A stretch of 64,000 nucleotides of DNA from Nitrosopumilus sp. (GTDB lineage: Archaea; Thermoproteota; Nitrososphaeria; Nitrososphaerales; Nitrosopumilaceae), in assembly GCA_965223425.1 (NCBI GenBank), contig OZ245003.1, positions 1,344,001 to 1,408,000 of the forward strand, read 5' to 3'. This document shows, piece by piece, positions 42,032 through 53,395 of this stretch; the first letter of the stretch is position 1, and each line of letters starts with the position of its first letter. Under the pieces are notes generated by a model that was not told where the DNA came from, did not search any database, and worked only from the letters and a program-made list of their open reading frames with translations. The translations under genes were made by a program, and so were the position numbers.

Positions 42032-42832
42032 TTGTCACGCACGCAAAATAAAATTATAGTTAACAAACAAAACATATATGACCACTTTTCAACTGTCGCC
42101 TCAAAATACCGAAACATAAGAACACTTGACACAGAACCTATATCACATATCAAAAATCAGATAAACGGAAAAACCAAGATCAACATGGCAGATATTGGCT
42201 GCGGTGATGGACGATATTCATTAGAGCTCTTGAACCAACTTGGAGACAAATGTTATTTGCACTGCGTAGATTACAACGAAAACATGCTAAAATCATTGGA
42301 GAGATATCTTGTAGAGCAAAACACAACAAACTTTTGTACAAGACAGGGAGATGCAAGCCGGCTGCCGCTAGACAACGATTCGATGGATTGTATTGTTACC
42401 TTTAATGCAATACACCATTTTGATGTTCCAAAGTTTATGTCCGAATCGCTAAGATCACTCAAAGATGATGGACGTTTGTTTATCTATACCAGGCTAAGAA
42501 ATCAAAATTCTAGGAGCATTTGGGGAGAACACTTTCCATTATTTGTAGAGATGGAGGATCGCCTGTATGAGCTAGATGAATTAAAATCACACATACAAAA
42601 TGCAGATATGAACATCCATTCCATTAGAGTGTTTGGGTATTCTAGAACCACTAGTTTGGATAGACTGGTCCATCAATCTCAAAACAATCACTATTCCACC
42701 TTTGCCCTCTACGATAAAGAAACCTTTGACAAGTCTCTGAAAGTATTCCGACAAAACATCAAGGATAACTTTGATAATTTAGAGCAAATCAAATGGCATG
42801 ACGAGAATATTCTGATAGAAATTAGGAAATAA
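42032..42832 (+). CDS. Class I SAM-dependent methyltransferase
   Basis: ADIGCGDG, GDASRLPL, AIHHF. Confidence 0.9.
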   Translation: MSRTQNKIIVNKQNIYDHFSTVASKYRNIRTLDTEPISHIKNQINGKTKINMADIGCGDGRYSLELLNQLGDKCYLHCVDYNENMLKSLERYLVEQNTTNFCTRQGDASRLPLDNDSMDCIVTFNAIHHFDVPKFMSESLRSLKDDGRLFIYTRLRNQNSRSIWGEHFPLFVEMEDRLYELDELKSHIQNADMNIHSIRVFGYSRTTSLDRLVHQSQNNHYSTFALYDKETFDKSLKVFRQNIKDNFDNLEQIKWHDENILIEIRK

Positions 42833-43124
42833 TTCCAGAAAATCTGTTTTTTGAAACACTTGCAATCAGTCAAACATTCCTGTCTTTCCAATGCACTGAT
42901 CACTGTTCTTGGTAGCACTTGTTGCAAGTAACCATACACCCGCAACTGGAAATCCGTTTTAAATTTCTTTAAATTTGTTTTATTTTTATGAATTTACGAC
43001 ATTAATCGTAAACCATTAATTTTTTCTCTTCAAGTAGGCGTTGGGATATTATCTATTGTAGTCTCCGCGCGCTGTCAGATTTGAAGAGTCGGCAGATCCG
43101 CCTGCCTACAGCGGCAGGTTATTT

Positions 43125-44193
43125 AGACCTGATCTGTAATTACTAACAAAACCTGACGTTTCACCAAACTGATTCCTTGTTACGTCATGGTATCACAACA
43201 AAATCGCGCGTCTTCAGCTTGTAGTTGATCAGGCCGCAGATTATGGCATTGATGCAGTCATACCTGCACAGTCTGTTCCTAAACTTGTCCCTCATTATGC
43301 CGAATTTCTTGATCCTTGAGATGACATGCTCCACCAGTACCCTTGCTCTGGACAGCTCCCGGTTGAATTCCTTCTGCGCATCATCAAGCTTGCCGCCCCT
43401 TGGCTTCTTGTACGGGATCAACACGTCAAGCTCCGGATAGTCCTTCCGTATCCCCTGATATCCAAGATCCACAAGGATTTTCAGATCTCTTGAAAGTTTT
43501 GGGCACTTTGACTTGAAGACAGAATAGTCATGCCTGCTTCCAGGCGAGTGCGGCGTCCTGTGCATAATCATGCCGTCTGCGTTTACAACGTACTGTGTCT
43601 TGACCGTATGCATCTTCTTTTTGCCCGAATAGTGTGTTTTTCTCATGGACTTGTTCTTGGGCCTTTGAATCTGCTGCTCTGATGCGTCAATGATTGCGTG
43701 CAGCCCAGGAAAGGCGCATGCCAGCTCCCGAATGTCTGATATCTGTCTGGTCTCTGCAAGCTTTTTGTCAGGCAGTGACAGTGCAGACCTTATGGCAGGC
43801 TCCATGTATCGTATGCCGGTACTGACATTTGACTGGCTCAGGTCAAAAAGCAGGCTCAGGAGACCCTGTGTAACGTATGTCCTGTAGTGGATCAGTGCCA
43901 TCAGGATTCTGTCCCTGCGGCAGTGTTTGAACCTGCGCCCTGCGCCGATGTCTCGGATTCTGTTATTCCTGGAGAGGCGTCTTTCCTCCGTTATCTTGTA
44001 CTGTGACTCTATCTCCGGGCACAGATCATAAAACTGCCCGGGGGTAACTCCCGTCATGGACAGGAATAATTTTGGTTTTTTTGCCAGCTTTTTGTGGTTT
44101 AACATGACATGCATGGCATTTTGCCTGTTTTGGATCTAGTTGCGAACAAATATCTGGAAAATGGTAAAATTATGTTAATAACGGATAGGGTCT
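43125..44193 (-). mobile_element. IS5-family element, copy 3, intact transposase 43185-44114, TTT target duplication
   Basis: Uninterrupted 309-aa ORF (DASEQQI, DLGYQG, VEHVI); TIRs; TSD. Confidence 0.95.
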
Positions 44194-44655
44194 TTTGTTT
44201 AGCCACTTTATCAGGGCCTTGTCTGGGTCTGCAAGCTCGGCTATGCTGGTGTAGTACCAGTCTTGCCAGCCGTTTTCTGGCAGGCCGGCAAACAGCATCA
44301 GGTTGAGCGGATACACGCTGCTGTCAGTGCACCTCCGAAAGTCGTCACGGAACAAAAAGACCTCCTTGCCCCATGCAACGGCCATGCCAAGCTCGATCAT
44401 TACGCCCTCGTCTGGCGGCGTCCCATTAACTACTGCAAAGATGCCGTCTGCGTCCCTGACATCCTGCATGTCGGCACGGCCGATTTTGTAGGGGCTGCCA
44501 ACTGCTGGCACGCCGTCCTGATTGTTTCGCTCAAACGGCTCCCACACTTCTGCTCCCAGATCGTTTAGCGTCCTTACAAGGTCTTGCAGCGGTCCTGCTT
44601 TTTGCTGCTCAGAGAATCCGTACGGGTTTGCAAGATAGAGTGCCTTCTTTGCCAT
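44170..44655 (-). CDS. Nucleoside 2-deoxyribosyltransferase family protein; native stop displaced by the IS5 insertion
   Basis: YLANPYGFS, PPDEGVMIELGMA, YPLNLM; removing the IS restores WLNK*. Confidence 0.88.
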   Translation of the reverse strand: MAKKALYLANPYGFSEQQKAGPLQDLVRTLNDLGAEVWEPFERNNQDGVPAVGSPYKIGRADMQDVRDADGIFAVVNGTPPDEGVMIELGMAVAWGKEVFLFRDDFRRCTDSSVYPLNLMLFAGLPENGWQDWYYTSIAELADPDKALIKWLNKRPYPLLT

Positions 44656-44703
44656 CTGGGGAATCCCTTTCTTGTCTTTTATTTGTGTTTGGAGACATGA
44701 GAT

Positions 44704-47318
44704 GTAAGAGGCTAGGTTAGTCACGAACTCAAACATTCTAGATCATACTGATCCAAATTCGATGATCCCTGATTCTGTCTAATGAGTGACTCGGAGATCA
44801 AGATATTACGGGATGCTCTGGCAAGGGCGTTTGCTGAAAACGACAACTTGCGAAAGATTGTCAGCCAGTTGGCAGGCGATGTAAAAAAATTACAGGCAAG
44901 GGAAGCCGAGAAGGATTTGACAATAGCGGAACTAAAGAGGCGCGTAGCGTTCTACGAGAATCCGCACTCACCGCCGTCGGCAAACTCCATTCCCACGCGC
45001 CGAAAAAAGGCAGACCGTGCAAAAGGCAGTTCCTCCTCCTCCTCCCCTCCAAACAAGGGCGGAGCAAAGGCAGGCCACGTCGGCGCATCCCACAAGAGAA
45101 GGCCTGATCACACAACGGTGCACAGGCCAAAGAAATGCGCAAAGTGCGGCAGCAAAGGCATTACAGTTACAAAAACCACGACAAAGATGACAGTCGACAT
45201 TCCGGAGATTCCAAGGACCGTATCCACAAACAACGTCATACATAGTTAGCACATTAAATAATTGAACATTTTCACAGGCAGGATCTCCTTTCTGGCAAAC
45301 AGCGTGCGTACTGACTGCTCCATCTCATCTAGCGTGCCAAACACCTTTGCAGACAGTACCCGCTTTATCACCCTCCACTGCATCTCAATGGGATTAAGCT
45401 CCGGCGTGTACGGCAGCAGGTACTCCAGAACTATCTCGCCGTTGTATCTTTCCAGAAACTCCTTTACCTTTTTGGATTTGTGATATGACGCATTGTCTAC
45501 AAACAGCAGCACCCTGCCGAATCTTTTGTGAACCCGTTCCAAAAAGCTGCAAAAGCCGTCGCTGTCTGGCTTTTCATAAGACATAAGGTAAAATGCGCTT
45601 GCTGACAGGACTCCAAAGATGTATCTTCTCTTGCGTGACAAAACAGAGGGGGATGTGGCGCGCTTGCCGCGCCTTCTCCATCCGTAGCCGGGCCTGTTTG
45701 ATGCCTTTTGAATCGAGGATGCATCGCCGGCCAGTACGGTGTATCCCTGCGCCGACTTTTCTGCAACGAGTTTTTTTGCCCGCTCCTGAAACTCTTTTTG
45801 CTTTCTTTTTGAGGCTGATCTTGGGTTTTTTGGACGCGCCTTGCTCCACGAAAAGCCCATCTCCTTGATCAGTTGCAGCACGCCTGCCTTGCTGTACTGC
45901 ACGCCGAACTTTCGCTTGATGTGCAGCCTTGCGAGGTTGGAATCCCACAGGCTGCTCTCAAAGCCGCATGATTCTGGCCCCGCATCCAGGTCTGCTGCAA
46001 GCTGTCTTGTCTGCAGTCCGTCTAGCAGGTGCTTTCGTCCCCTGCCGCTGCGCTCGAACCTTGCGCGTATTCCCTCGTCTTGTGCGCGGTTGAGCCATGC
46101 AGATATGGTGGACTTGGGCCTTCCCAGCATTCTTCCGATCCTGTCTAGCGGCACGCCGTCCTTGCGCTGCATGTACGCAAGCAGCCTGTCGCGCCTTCTG
46201 GGATCGGTCTCTTTTTTGTATGCCCTTTTGAGGTCTGCAACGCCGGTGTTTGGCAGAAATTTTGCCCCCCTTGCAACCTGTCTCTTTTTTTGTTTGTACA
46301 TGCAGTGTGTGCGGTATGGCCGGTCTTGGATCTTTTGGCCAAAAATAATTGTCAAAATGATTCAGTTTTTTTATGTGCATACTACAGCACTGCACCTGCA
46401 GGTGCGGACATGTCACAACACCCCAGGTCGGAATAGACGGAACATCGATTGGCAAGAACCTCATGACAATAATCATGTCGATGTATAAACAAGGCTGCAG
46501 CCTGAACTCAATCAGGGAGGCAGCAAGCCTGTATGACACGTCAATCTGCAAAAAAACAATACAAAACGCGCTGTTTGCATTAGGAGGAGCGTTGGAGTCA
46601 GAGGTAGAGTCATGGAAAGAAAATATTGGCAGATCAAAATACCTGAAACTTGATGAGACGTCATATACAATATACGACAAACTGGGATATGTCTGGGTAT
46701 GCATCGGTGATGATGCGGTACTGATTCATGTGGACAGAAGCAGGGCCGCTGCCGTACTGGATATTCACTTTCCTCACTGGGATATTCCCGTGACAGTCGA
46801 CGGTTATGCGGCATACAACAGTTTCAGAACAATTCAACGGTGCTGGTCACACATACTGTGTGATGCCGAATTTGAACAGGATGATGGTGATGATGATGAT
46901 GATGATGATGAACCAAAAACCATGCTGTATGAGAAACTGCGTTTGCTATACCACGATGCAAAGCAGGTTGCGCTGCGGCCTGACGCGCACACGCATTATG
47001 ACTCGTTTGTGATCTCCTGCACGGCAATTGCGGATTCGTACAAGGGCTGTCCGGACTGCAAGTTCGGAGACAAGCTGGAAAAGGCCACACCAAACCTGTT
47101 TACGTTTCTAAAGCATCCCGGAATGGATCCCACAAACAACGAATCAGAAAGGATGCTTCGCCGGGTCGTCATATCGCGCAAGATTAGACAGCGTCTTGTC
47201 ACCGAAGCAGGCATGAAGGTATTTGGCATACTTGTGAGCTGCTTGCTGACATGGCAGAAAAGGGGCACCAGCATTCAAGAAGAGATACTGAGACTGTACT
47301 AGAGACCTAGCCTCTTAC
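44704..47318 (+). mobile_element. IS66-family element (transposase split into 44782-45242 and 46387-47302 by an IS630), 8-bp TSD CATGAGAT
   Basis: TIR GTAAGAGGCTAGGT; DET, DGYAAY, QRCWSH, PTNNESERMLR. Confidence 0.95.
45243..46384 (-). mobile_element. IS630-family element, family 1 copy B, intact ORF 45246-46355
   Basis: Ends TAGTTAGCACAT / ATGTGCATACTA; flanked by CA on both sides. Confidence 0.95.
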
Positions 47319-47411
47319 CATGAGATTTAGGTGCAGTCGCGCGTTGAGATAATCTTGCATTGCGGTAATTTACAGACCTGCAGATGCCCTCTGAAATGAC
47401 ATGCGCTTTTT

Positions 47412-47636
47412 CTAGATGTTCACATCAAAGCCTGCGCCCAACTCGGGAAAGGATGCAGCAAGGATGACATTCAAGACTATGCCCACTACCATCAACACAA
47501 TTCCTAGGTACAGGCAGTTTTTTGCCTTTGCAGGATCATCTTGTCGCAAGACAAAGAACGCAATGATGCCGCCGACAATTCCCAAGAAGATTGGCAGCAA
47601 AAACCACGCGTTGCTTCTTTTTTTAGTGTCGCTCAT
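47412..47636 (-). CDS. Small conserved membrane protein
   Basis: WFLLPIFLGIVGGIIAFF...DDPAKAKNCL. Confidence 0.75.
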   Translation of the reverse strand: MSDTKKRSNAWFLLPIFLGIVGGIIAFFVLRQDDPAKAKNCLYLGIVLMVVGIVLNVILAASFPELGAGFDVNI

Positions 47637-47902
47637 CTCGCCCCCCGTCCTTCACTACTTGGCCGTCGCGTTTTTTTCTGCGTCTGCGTGATCTCAATTT
47701 CGACTGTCTCTAGTGGTGCTTCTACTTGGTTACGCCGGATTGAGAACATCTTTGGCTTTTCAAAGTCATCTGTGCAGTCAGGACACGCATAAACCAGTAT
47801 CCTGTGCTCGTTTGGCGCCTTGGGGTTTGAAAGCCTGGGATAATACACAAGTCTGGCGCCACAGTCGACACAATACCTGTTGGCACGTCTAGTTCTGACC
47901 AA
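47633..47902 (-). CDS. Small zinc-finger protein
   Basis: CVDC...CPDC; overlaps the next gene by 4 nt. Confidence 0.75.
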   Translation of the reverse strand: MVRTRRANRYCVDCGARLVYYPRLSNPKAPNEHRILVYACPDCTDDFEKPKMFSIRRNQVEAPLETVEIEITQTQKKTRRPSSEGRGAR

Positions 47903-48125
47903 CGTAAACCTCCTGCATTATTCTCAATATGCGATCAACTATTAGATCTATGTTGTCTAATAGAGTAAACCAAGTTGTGTTACCCGATCAATTTTTTTGA
48001 GGATTTGTGGATAGGTTCTGGTAAATTCTAGTGTAATAGTTCGAGTTTCTGAAGTGCCGTGCCTAAATTGAATGTAAAATCTGTGATTTTGATGTGTTTT
48101 ACGCATGCAACTTCATAAACTCGAT

Positions 48126-49645
48126 CAGTTACACATTCCCATCAGGAGTGCCACAGAGTCATGACAGACATCATACCGAAGCAGTACCGCAAGAGATGGG
48201 GCATCGAGACGGGGTTTCGCGTCATAAAGGAAATCATGGGCAGGACATACAGCAACTCCCTGGCTGTGAGGCTGCTGATGTTTTATCTGCCGCTGCTGCT
48301 TCTGTACAACATGTGGAGGATTGCCAGGTTCTGCCTTGGTGCAGGAAAGATGTATGGAGGAGTGTCTTCTGCGGGGAAAAAACTTACCATAGCGCTGTTT
48401 ATCGTGTACATTACAGGCAGGAACGAGCTGTTTGTCAATGATCGAGGCAAGTAGAACCGGTGCCATAGTCAACATACTAAATAATCGCTCAGCTTGACGG
48501 GAAATATCACGTTCTTCCTGATCATCTTGCGGATTGACTTTACCATCTCGCGCGTGTTGTCGTATACCCTGTTGCCGATCGCGTCCCTCATCACGTTCCA
48601 CTGCGGCTCCTCCGAGTTCAGTTCCGGCGTGTGCGGCAGATAGTACCTCAGCTTCACCTCCCCGTTGAACTCCATGAGCCCGTCCCGCACGGCAGCCGAC
48701 CTGTGCCACGACGCGTTGTCCACGAACACAAGCACCGGCCCGAACCTGCGGTGCAGGTGCCTCAGGAATGCGAGGAACGCTTCGCTGTTCTGCGCGTCAC
48801 AGAATCTGAAGCAGAGCTCGCCGTCGCCCAGCGCGCCGAACACGTGCTTCTTCTTTCTGGAGAGCGTGACTGGCGCCGTCCTCTTTGTGCCGCGGAGCTG
48901 CCACCCGTATCGGGGCCTCCTGTCCCCTATCGTCAGGGTGCATTCGTCGGCAGTCAGGACGGTATAGCCCAGCCTGCGGTACCTGAGGGCGATCCGCCGC
49001 GCTTTTTTTTTAAACTCGCTGATCTCGCGCTCCGAGGCCGCCTTCGGGTTCCTGGGGCGCAGCTTGCGCCACGACAGGCCGAGCCTTGAGAGCAGCTTGT
49101 GCACCCCGTTGAGCGAGTACGCCGCGCCGAACTTCCTCTCGATGTGCGCGCAGACGATCCTCGCCGTCCACAGCCGGGTCTCAAACCCGCAGTTCTCAGG
49201 TCCCGCTACAAGATCTGCGAGCAGCTCCGCCCTCTGGGACTCGTCGAGCCTGCACGGGCATCCCGGCCTGCCGCGGTCGCGGCGGCCGCGCAGGCCGCCG
49301 TCCCTTGCTCGCACCAGCCAGTCCCGTACTGTGGAGTAGCTGCGGTTTGTCCGCGCGGCGATGCCGCGTATGCTCATGCCCTCCTTCCGCATCATGTACA
49401 CGAGGAGCCTGTCCCGTGCCTTGGGGTCAGTCTCCCTCTTGTGGCACTCCCTCAAATAACCTGTGCCTGTGCCCTTCAGAAAGCCGGATCCCCTCTCCAA
49501 ATTCCTAGGTTTCTTCATAGAGTGGCTGGGAATCCGCATGATCTAGATCCTTCGGTCAAAAAACATTCCCAAAAGGATCAAGATCGATTATATATTATGG
49601 GCACTACAGTTGCGGTTGCGGTAAATCTACATCTGGGAACTACTG
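48126..49645 (+). mobile_element. Partial ISH3-like copy (3' transposase fragment plus right TIR) interrupted by an IS630
   Basis: YRKRWGIETGFR fragment at 48161-48454; TIR ends 49645. Confidence 0.85.
48466..49606 (-). mobile_element. IS630-family element, family 2, ORF 48469-49539
   Basis: ADE, DNASWH, PHTPELN; ends TAGTCAACATA / TATGGGCACTA; CA on both sides. Confidence 0.92.
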
Positions 49646-49882
49646 ATATAGTTAACAGTGTATAATTTGCTATTTTTTTTATGGCATCAGTATAACCCTC
49701 TGCCGAACTTGTTAAATCTTCACTCATGGGATGTGTTGGAACCTCTGTTACATTATTTTTGATGGCACAAGACATGATGTGACAAATACCAGTTGTCCTG
49801 ATCATCAAAATTCAACAGCATGTTTTTGACATCATCATCATCTGAGAATGACGTTTTTTGCAAATCCTTGGATTCCTCATAC

Positions 49883-50746
49883 TCAGATAACTGCCTGGCA
49901 TATCTCAATCCATCCGCTCTTGTATGTCTTAAAGTGCACGTTGTGTCCCGTCCTGCTCTTCTCCATGTCCTTCATGCGGTATCTCCGGATGACACATCCG
50001 CCAATCTTCTTAACGTGCATCCTAACGTCATCTGCATCATATCTTACAGTATGGTGTGTCTTCGGGTTGCCGCTCTTCTTTTGGATTGCCCCAAAAACCT
50101 GCTCTGATATCTGCTGCCTTTTTTTGGCAATTCCTTCTTGCGGTACCATGTATTCCAGTATCAACACGTTTCTCCTGTCTGCCGTCTTGAATGCAGCAAC
50201 AAGATCCCATAATTTTTTTCTGCTCAAATAGTACGATATTCCCTCAAGCACCAAAACCGACGGCCTGCTGCTGCCCCATCCGTTTTTTCTCATGCAGTCC
50301 AGAACTTTTTTTGAGTCATTCAGATCAGAGAGAACACACCTGATTGGGCTTGGGCCGTATGCCTTTCTGATGAGCCTTTCTTTGAGCCCCATGTGCGAAT
50401 AATCAACATCATAGGCATCAACGTTTCTGGCACGCGATACTGTCTCCAGGGACAGGGCATCCATGCCGCTGCCCAAGACTGCCAGCTGCGTGATCCTCTC
50501 TCCTATGACATGGTGAAGAACCAGATCCATGATGCATCTCTTCCTGTTCTTTATCACCTCGCCGTAGTGCGGCCATATCCTGTCGCACTCAGAGTAAAGC
50601 GCCCTGCCTGAATCAAGATTCAGCATGCCCAGATATTTTTTGGAATGTTTGCTTGTGTGGACTGCCCCGTCAGTTAGGAGCAGTACTAGAGCCGACGTAT
50701 CTGACAAGTTACGGGTTCTCAATCGTACTGACTCTGACTGCACCAT
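49883..50746 (-). CDS. SAM-dependent methyltransferase (leucine carboxyl methyltransferase-like)
   Basis: QLAVLGSGMD, DVD, VLEGISYYL. Confidence 0.85.
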   Translation of the reverse strand: MVQSESVRLRTRNLSDTSALVLLLTDGAVHTSKHSKKYLGMLNLDSGRALYSECDRIWPHYGEVIKNRKRCIMDLVLHHVIGERITQLAVLGSGMDALSLETVSRARNVDAYDVDYSHMGLKERLIRKAYGPSPIRCVLSDLNDSKKVLDCMRKNGWGSSRPSVLVLEGISYYLSRKKLWDLVAAFKTADRRNVLILEYMVPQEGIAKKRQQISEQVFGAIQKKSGNPKTHHTVRYDADDVRMHVKKIGGCVIRRYRMKDMEKSRTGHNVHFKTYKSGWIEICQAVI

Positions 50747-50748
50747 TC

Positions 50749-51067
50749 TTAAACCATCAGAAGACCGTTCTTTTTCTTATTTTGACAATCATCTTGGCTC
50801 TGTGTGATCCTCGAGACCCAAAACATGAATTTTCTCCGAATTGAAGTTTTGTGGTTATTGAGAATCCGTGCTTTTACTATTTCTATTTCTTTTATTCCAA
50901 ATTTGTGTTTATGTAAAACTCTAGATATCTCTTCAAGTAATTCATGCGATGTTATCAAAATAAATGTATTTGTTGTGCATTATCGCTGCTTCCAAAAGAG
51001 CTCGAGGTTTTCCACCGCCAATTATTGCACTGATGATGACATTAGTGTCTAACACTATTTGATACAT
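50749..51067 (-). pseudogene. Frameshifted PIN-domain (VapC-like) toxin
   Basis: MYQIVLDTNVIISAIIGGGKPRALL continues in another frame as ITSHELLEEISRVL. Confidence 0.8.
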
Positions 51068-51075
51068 ACGAGTTG

Positions 51076-51351
51076 TTATTGTATCGTGTGTTTTTCCTTT
51101 CTGTATTTTTGGATCTCATCTAAAACGTCTTCCTCGGAAATGTTTAGATTTTTATTAAAAGTTTTTCTAAAGATAGACTCTCTGTCTTGTTTACTGTCCG
51201 GTATCTGTAAGATCTTGATTATTCTGGTGTTTTTATTGTACACAATTTTGAATTTAATTGGAGCAGTCAACCCTATTTTTTTTCTGAATTGTTCAGGTAT
51301 TATGATCTGGCCTTCTTCTCCCATAGTTATTATTGTAAGATCCTGTGGCAT
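51076..51351 (-). CDS. AbrB/MazE-family antitoxin
   Basis: MGEEGQIIIPEQFRKKIGL. Confidence 0.85.
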   Translation of the reverse strand: MPQDLTIITMGEEGQIIIPEQFRKKIGLTAPIKFKIVYNKNTRIIKILQIPDSKQDRESIFRKTFNKNLNISEEDVLDEIQKYRKEKHTIQ

Positions 51352-51495
51352 CTTCTATTCAACAGTGTTTTATTTTCTTACTTAATAAAGACGAATCTAC
51401 CGTGAAGATTTTTTCTTAGGATTTGGACATCATATACAAGTCAGAGTCATAATGATGTGTTTTTGAAGAGCAACATATACACGCATTAAAGATGG

Positions 51496-51688
51496 GTCAA
51501 TCCCAGCAAGAATTGGTGCAATTGAAAAACAAGTTGATGATTCACTAACTAAACTTGAATCCCTTAAAAAAAGCGTACTCGAAAAAGCTTTTGAAGGTAA
51601 TCTAGCATCACAGGATCCAAATGATGAGCCAGCATCCATTCTTTTAGAAAGAATCAAACAAGAGAAATCGCTCATTCAGAAAAAATAA
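51496..51688 (+). pseudogene. hsdS: Orphan hsdS C-terminal fragment starting at a recombination-site-like palindrome
   Basis: ARIGAIEKQV...LKKSVLEKAFEGNLASQDPNDEPASILLERIKQEK. Confidence 0.85.
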
Positions 51689-51713
51689 ATTTATACTTTT
51701 TATTATGATTGTG

Positions 51714-51938
51714 TCACAATATCTTTAAAAATTCTTCTAGAGTTAATCCAGTTTGTTTTATTATGGAGCGTAACGTCCCCCTTGCTATTTCTTTGTGATT
51801 TGGCACAGTTATTCTTCTATGCGGATAATCTTTATTTCTCAATATTATGTGACTGCCTGTTTGATGATCAACATTATATCAAATTTTGTGTAATATCTTG
51901 AGTAATTCTCTTGCAGAAATAATAGGTAGTTTAGACAT
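51714..51938 (-). pseudogene. hicA: HicA toxin with in-frame TGA at codon 20
   Basis: MSKLPIISARELLKILHKI*YNVDHQTGSH...VPNHKEIARGTLRSII. Confidence 0.88.
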
Positions 51939-52143
51939 GTATCTCTACAGTTTCTTCATCAATAGAGAAAGGAATTGGTTCATTATGTTTTTTTAGACTT
52001 GTAATATATCCTGAAATGGCATCTTTGATATTGTCTATTGCCAACTCTCTTGTGTCGCCTTGAGATATACATCCAGGAAGTTCTGGAACCTCTGATACAA
52101 ACATCCCGTCCTCGTCCTGCTTTATGAATATTCTAAATTTCAT
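51931..52143 (-). CDS. hicB: HicB-family antitoxin (short form)
   Basis: VPELPGCISQGDTRELAIDNIKDAI. Confidence 0.9.
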   Translation of the reverse strand: MKFRIFIKQDEDGMFVSEVPELPGCISQGDTRELAIDNIKDAISGYITSLKKHNEPIPFSIDEETVEIHV

Positions 52144-52222
52144 ATGCTTTGTTAGATACGTTTAGTATAAAAAATTGAACCATACAAAATCATTACGAGT
52201 ATCATAAAATATGATTCATGCC

Positions 52223-53152
52223 TTAAATCTCTAGTTTAGACATGACTTTCTTAAATTCTACAAATAATTCACTTGGTGTAGGAGTAAAATAAACGCCATC
52301 AAGACCGTTTTTGTGGCCCATCAGCTTTTCTGCAATGTTATAGTTTACCGAATTGTCCAGCTTTAGTATCGTGTTGAATCTCTTTCTAAAGCCATGGTCT
52401 GCCTGGACTTCATAGCGGTTGCCACGCTTGCAACGGTCTATCTTGCTTTTGGATATGGCTCTGTATATTGCGGATCTTGCGCCACTCCATCCAAGCTGTT
52501 GTACAGATACCAGATTTTGCGTTGCAAAGACTGGCGTGTCATCATGGAATGCTTCTCCGTACTGTTGTTTGCGATAATCGTGATATGCATCAAGTGCCTT
52601 TGATGCCTGTGGTGTAAGAAATGTCCAGTATTCCTCAACATGTCCTGCATACAGTCTTACTGCCTTGCATCTGTGTGGCATCTTTTTTAGGTGTCTTATG
52701 GATAACGCATGATCAAAGATGCCGATTCGCGCGCCAGTTGATGCCAGAAAGTGAACCAATGCAGTATCCCTGAGGTTTTTTGTGTTCTTTAGCATCATGG
52801 TTATTTCATCTGTGGTGTATGACCTTAGGTTTCGGGTTTTTTGTTTTGGTGGGAACATCCTGCGTATTATGTCCCAGTTCAGATTTATCCGGTTCATTAT
52901 GCAAAAATGCCTTATTCCCTGAAATTTTGAGGGAATGGAGTTTGGGTTCGTGTTGTGCTTTAGCCTGATCAGGTAGTCCTCTACTAGTTGCTGCAGGCGT
53001 TCTTTGTCCATGTTAAGCAGCTCGGCGTTGTTCTCAAGCCCTGAAAATTTCTTGAATTCCCTGAGATGGGCTACATAGTTTCTTTTTGTATACTTTGATT
53101 TTATTCCTTCCTCAAAGAGCATTGTGCTTCTTGGCATAACGGAGCTGAGCAT
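52223..53152 (-). CDS. Tyrosine recombinase/integrase
   Basis: STGARIG, HGFRKRF, LMGH, catalytic Y in DGVYF. Confidence 0.92.
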   Translation of the reverse strand: MLSSVMPRSTMLFEEGIKSKYTKRNYVAHLREFKKFSGLENNAELLNMDKERLQQLVEDYLIRLKHNTNPNSIPSKFQGIRHFCIMNRINLNWDIIRRMFPPKQKTRNLRSYTTDEITMMLKNTKNLRDTALVHFLASTGARIGIFDHALSIRHLKKMPHRCKAVRLYAGHVEEYWTFLTPQASKALDAYHDYRKQQYGEAFHDDTPVFATQNLVSVQQLGWSGARSAIYRAISKSKIDRCKRGNRYEVQADHGFRKRFNTILKLDNSVNYNIAEKLMGHKNGLDGVYFTPTPSELFVEFKKVMSKLEI

Positions 53153-53395
53153 GTTGCATTCTTACATAGTTCTTATTTTTGCACAGGCGTTTTAGGATAT
53201 GATTTTAATTGTTTTATTTTTCTGATATTGATGTTTGATTTGTATGGGTTTTCCAGCGTTCTATCATGGTGACGTTAATTTATTGTGAATTTCACTTAAG
53301 ATCTTGTCATAATCATCTCCAAACACTTTGGATGCTTTGACTAGGCCGATTCTTGTATTATGACATGCAAAAAAACAAGATCCGCCCAATGGAGT

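Noticed and set aside
46880-46910. GAT repeat giving poly-Asp in the IS66 transposase
   Set aside because: Simple in-frame microsatellite in an already interrupted gene
51879-51881. In-frame TGA in hicA as selenocysteine or readthrough
   Set aside because: It replaces a conserved Gly codon (GGA to TGA); a simple nonsense mutation is more parsimonious
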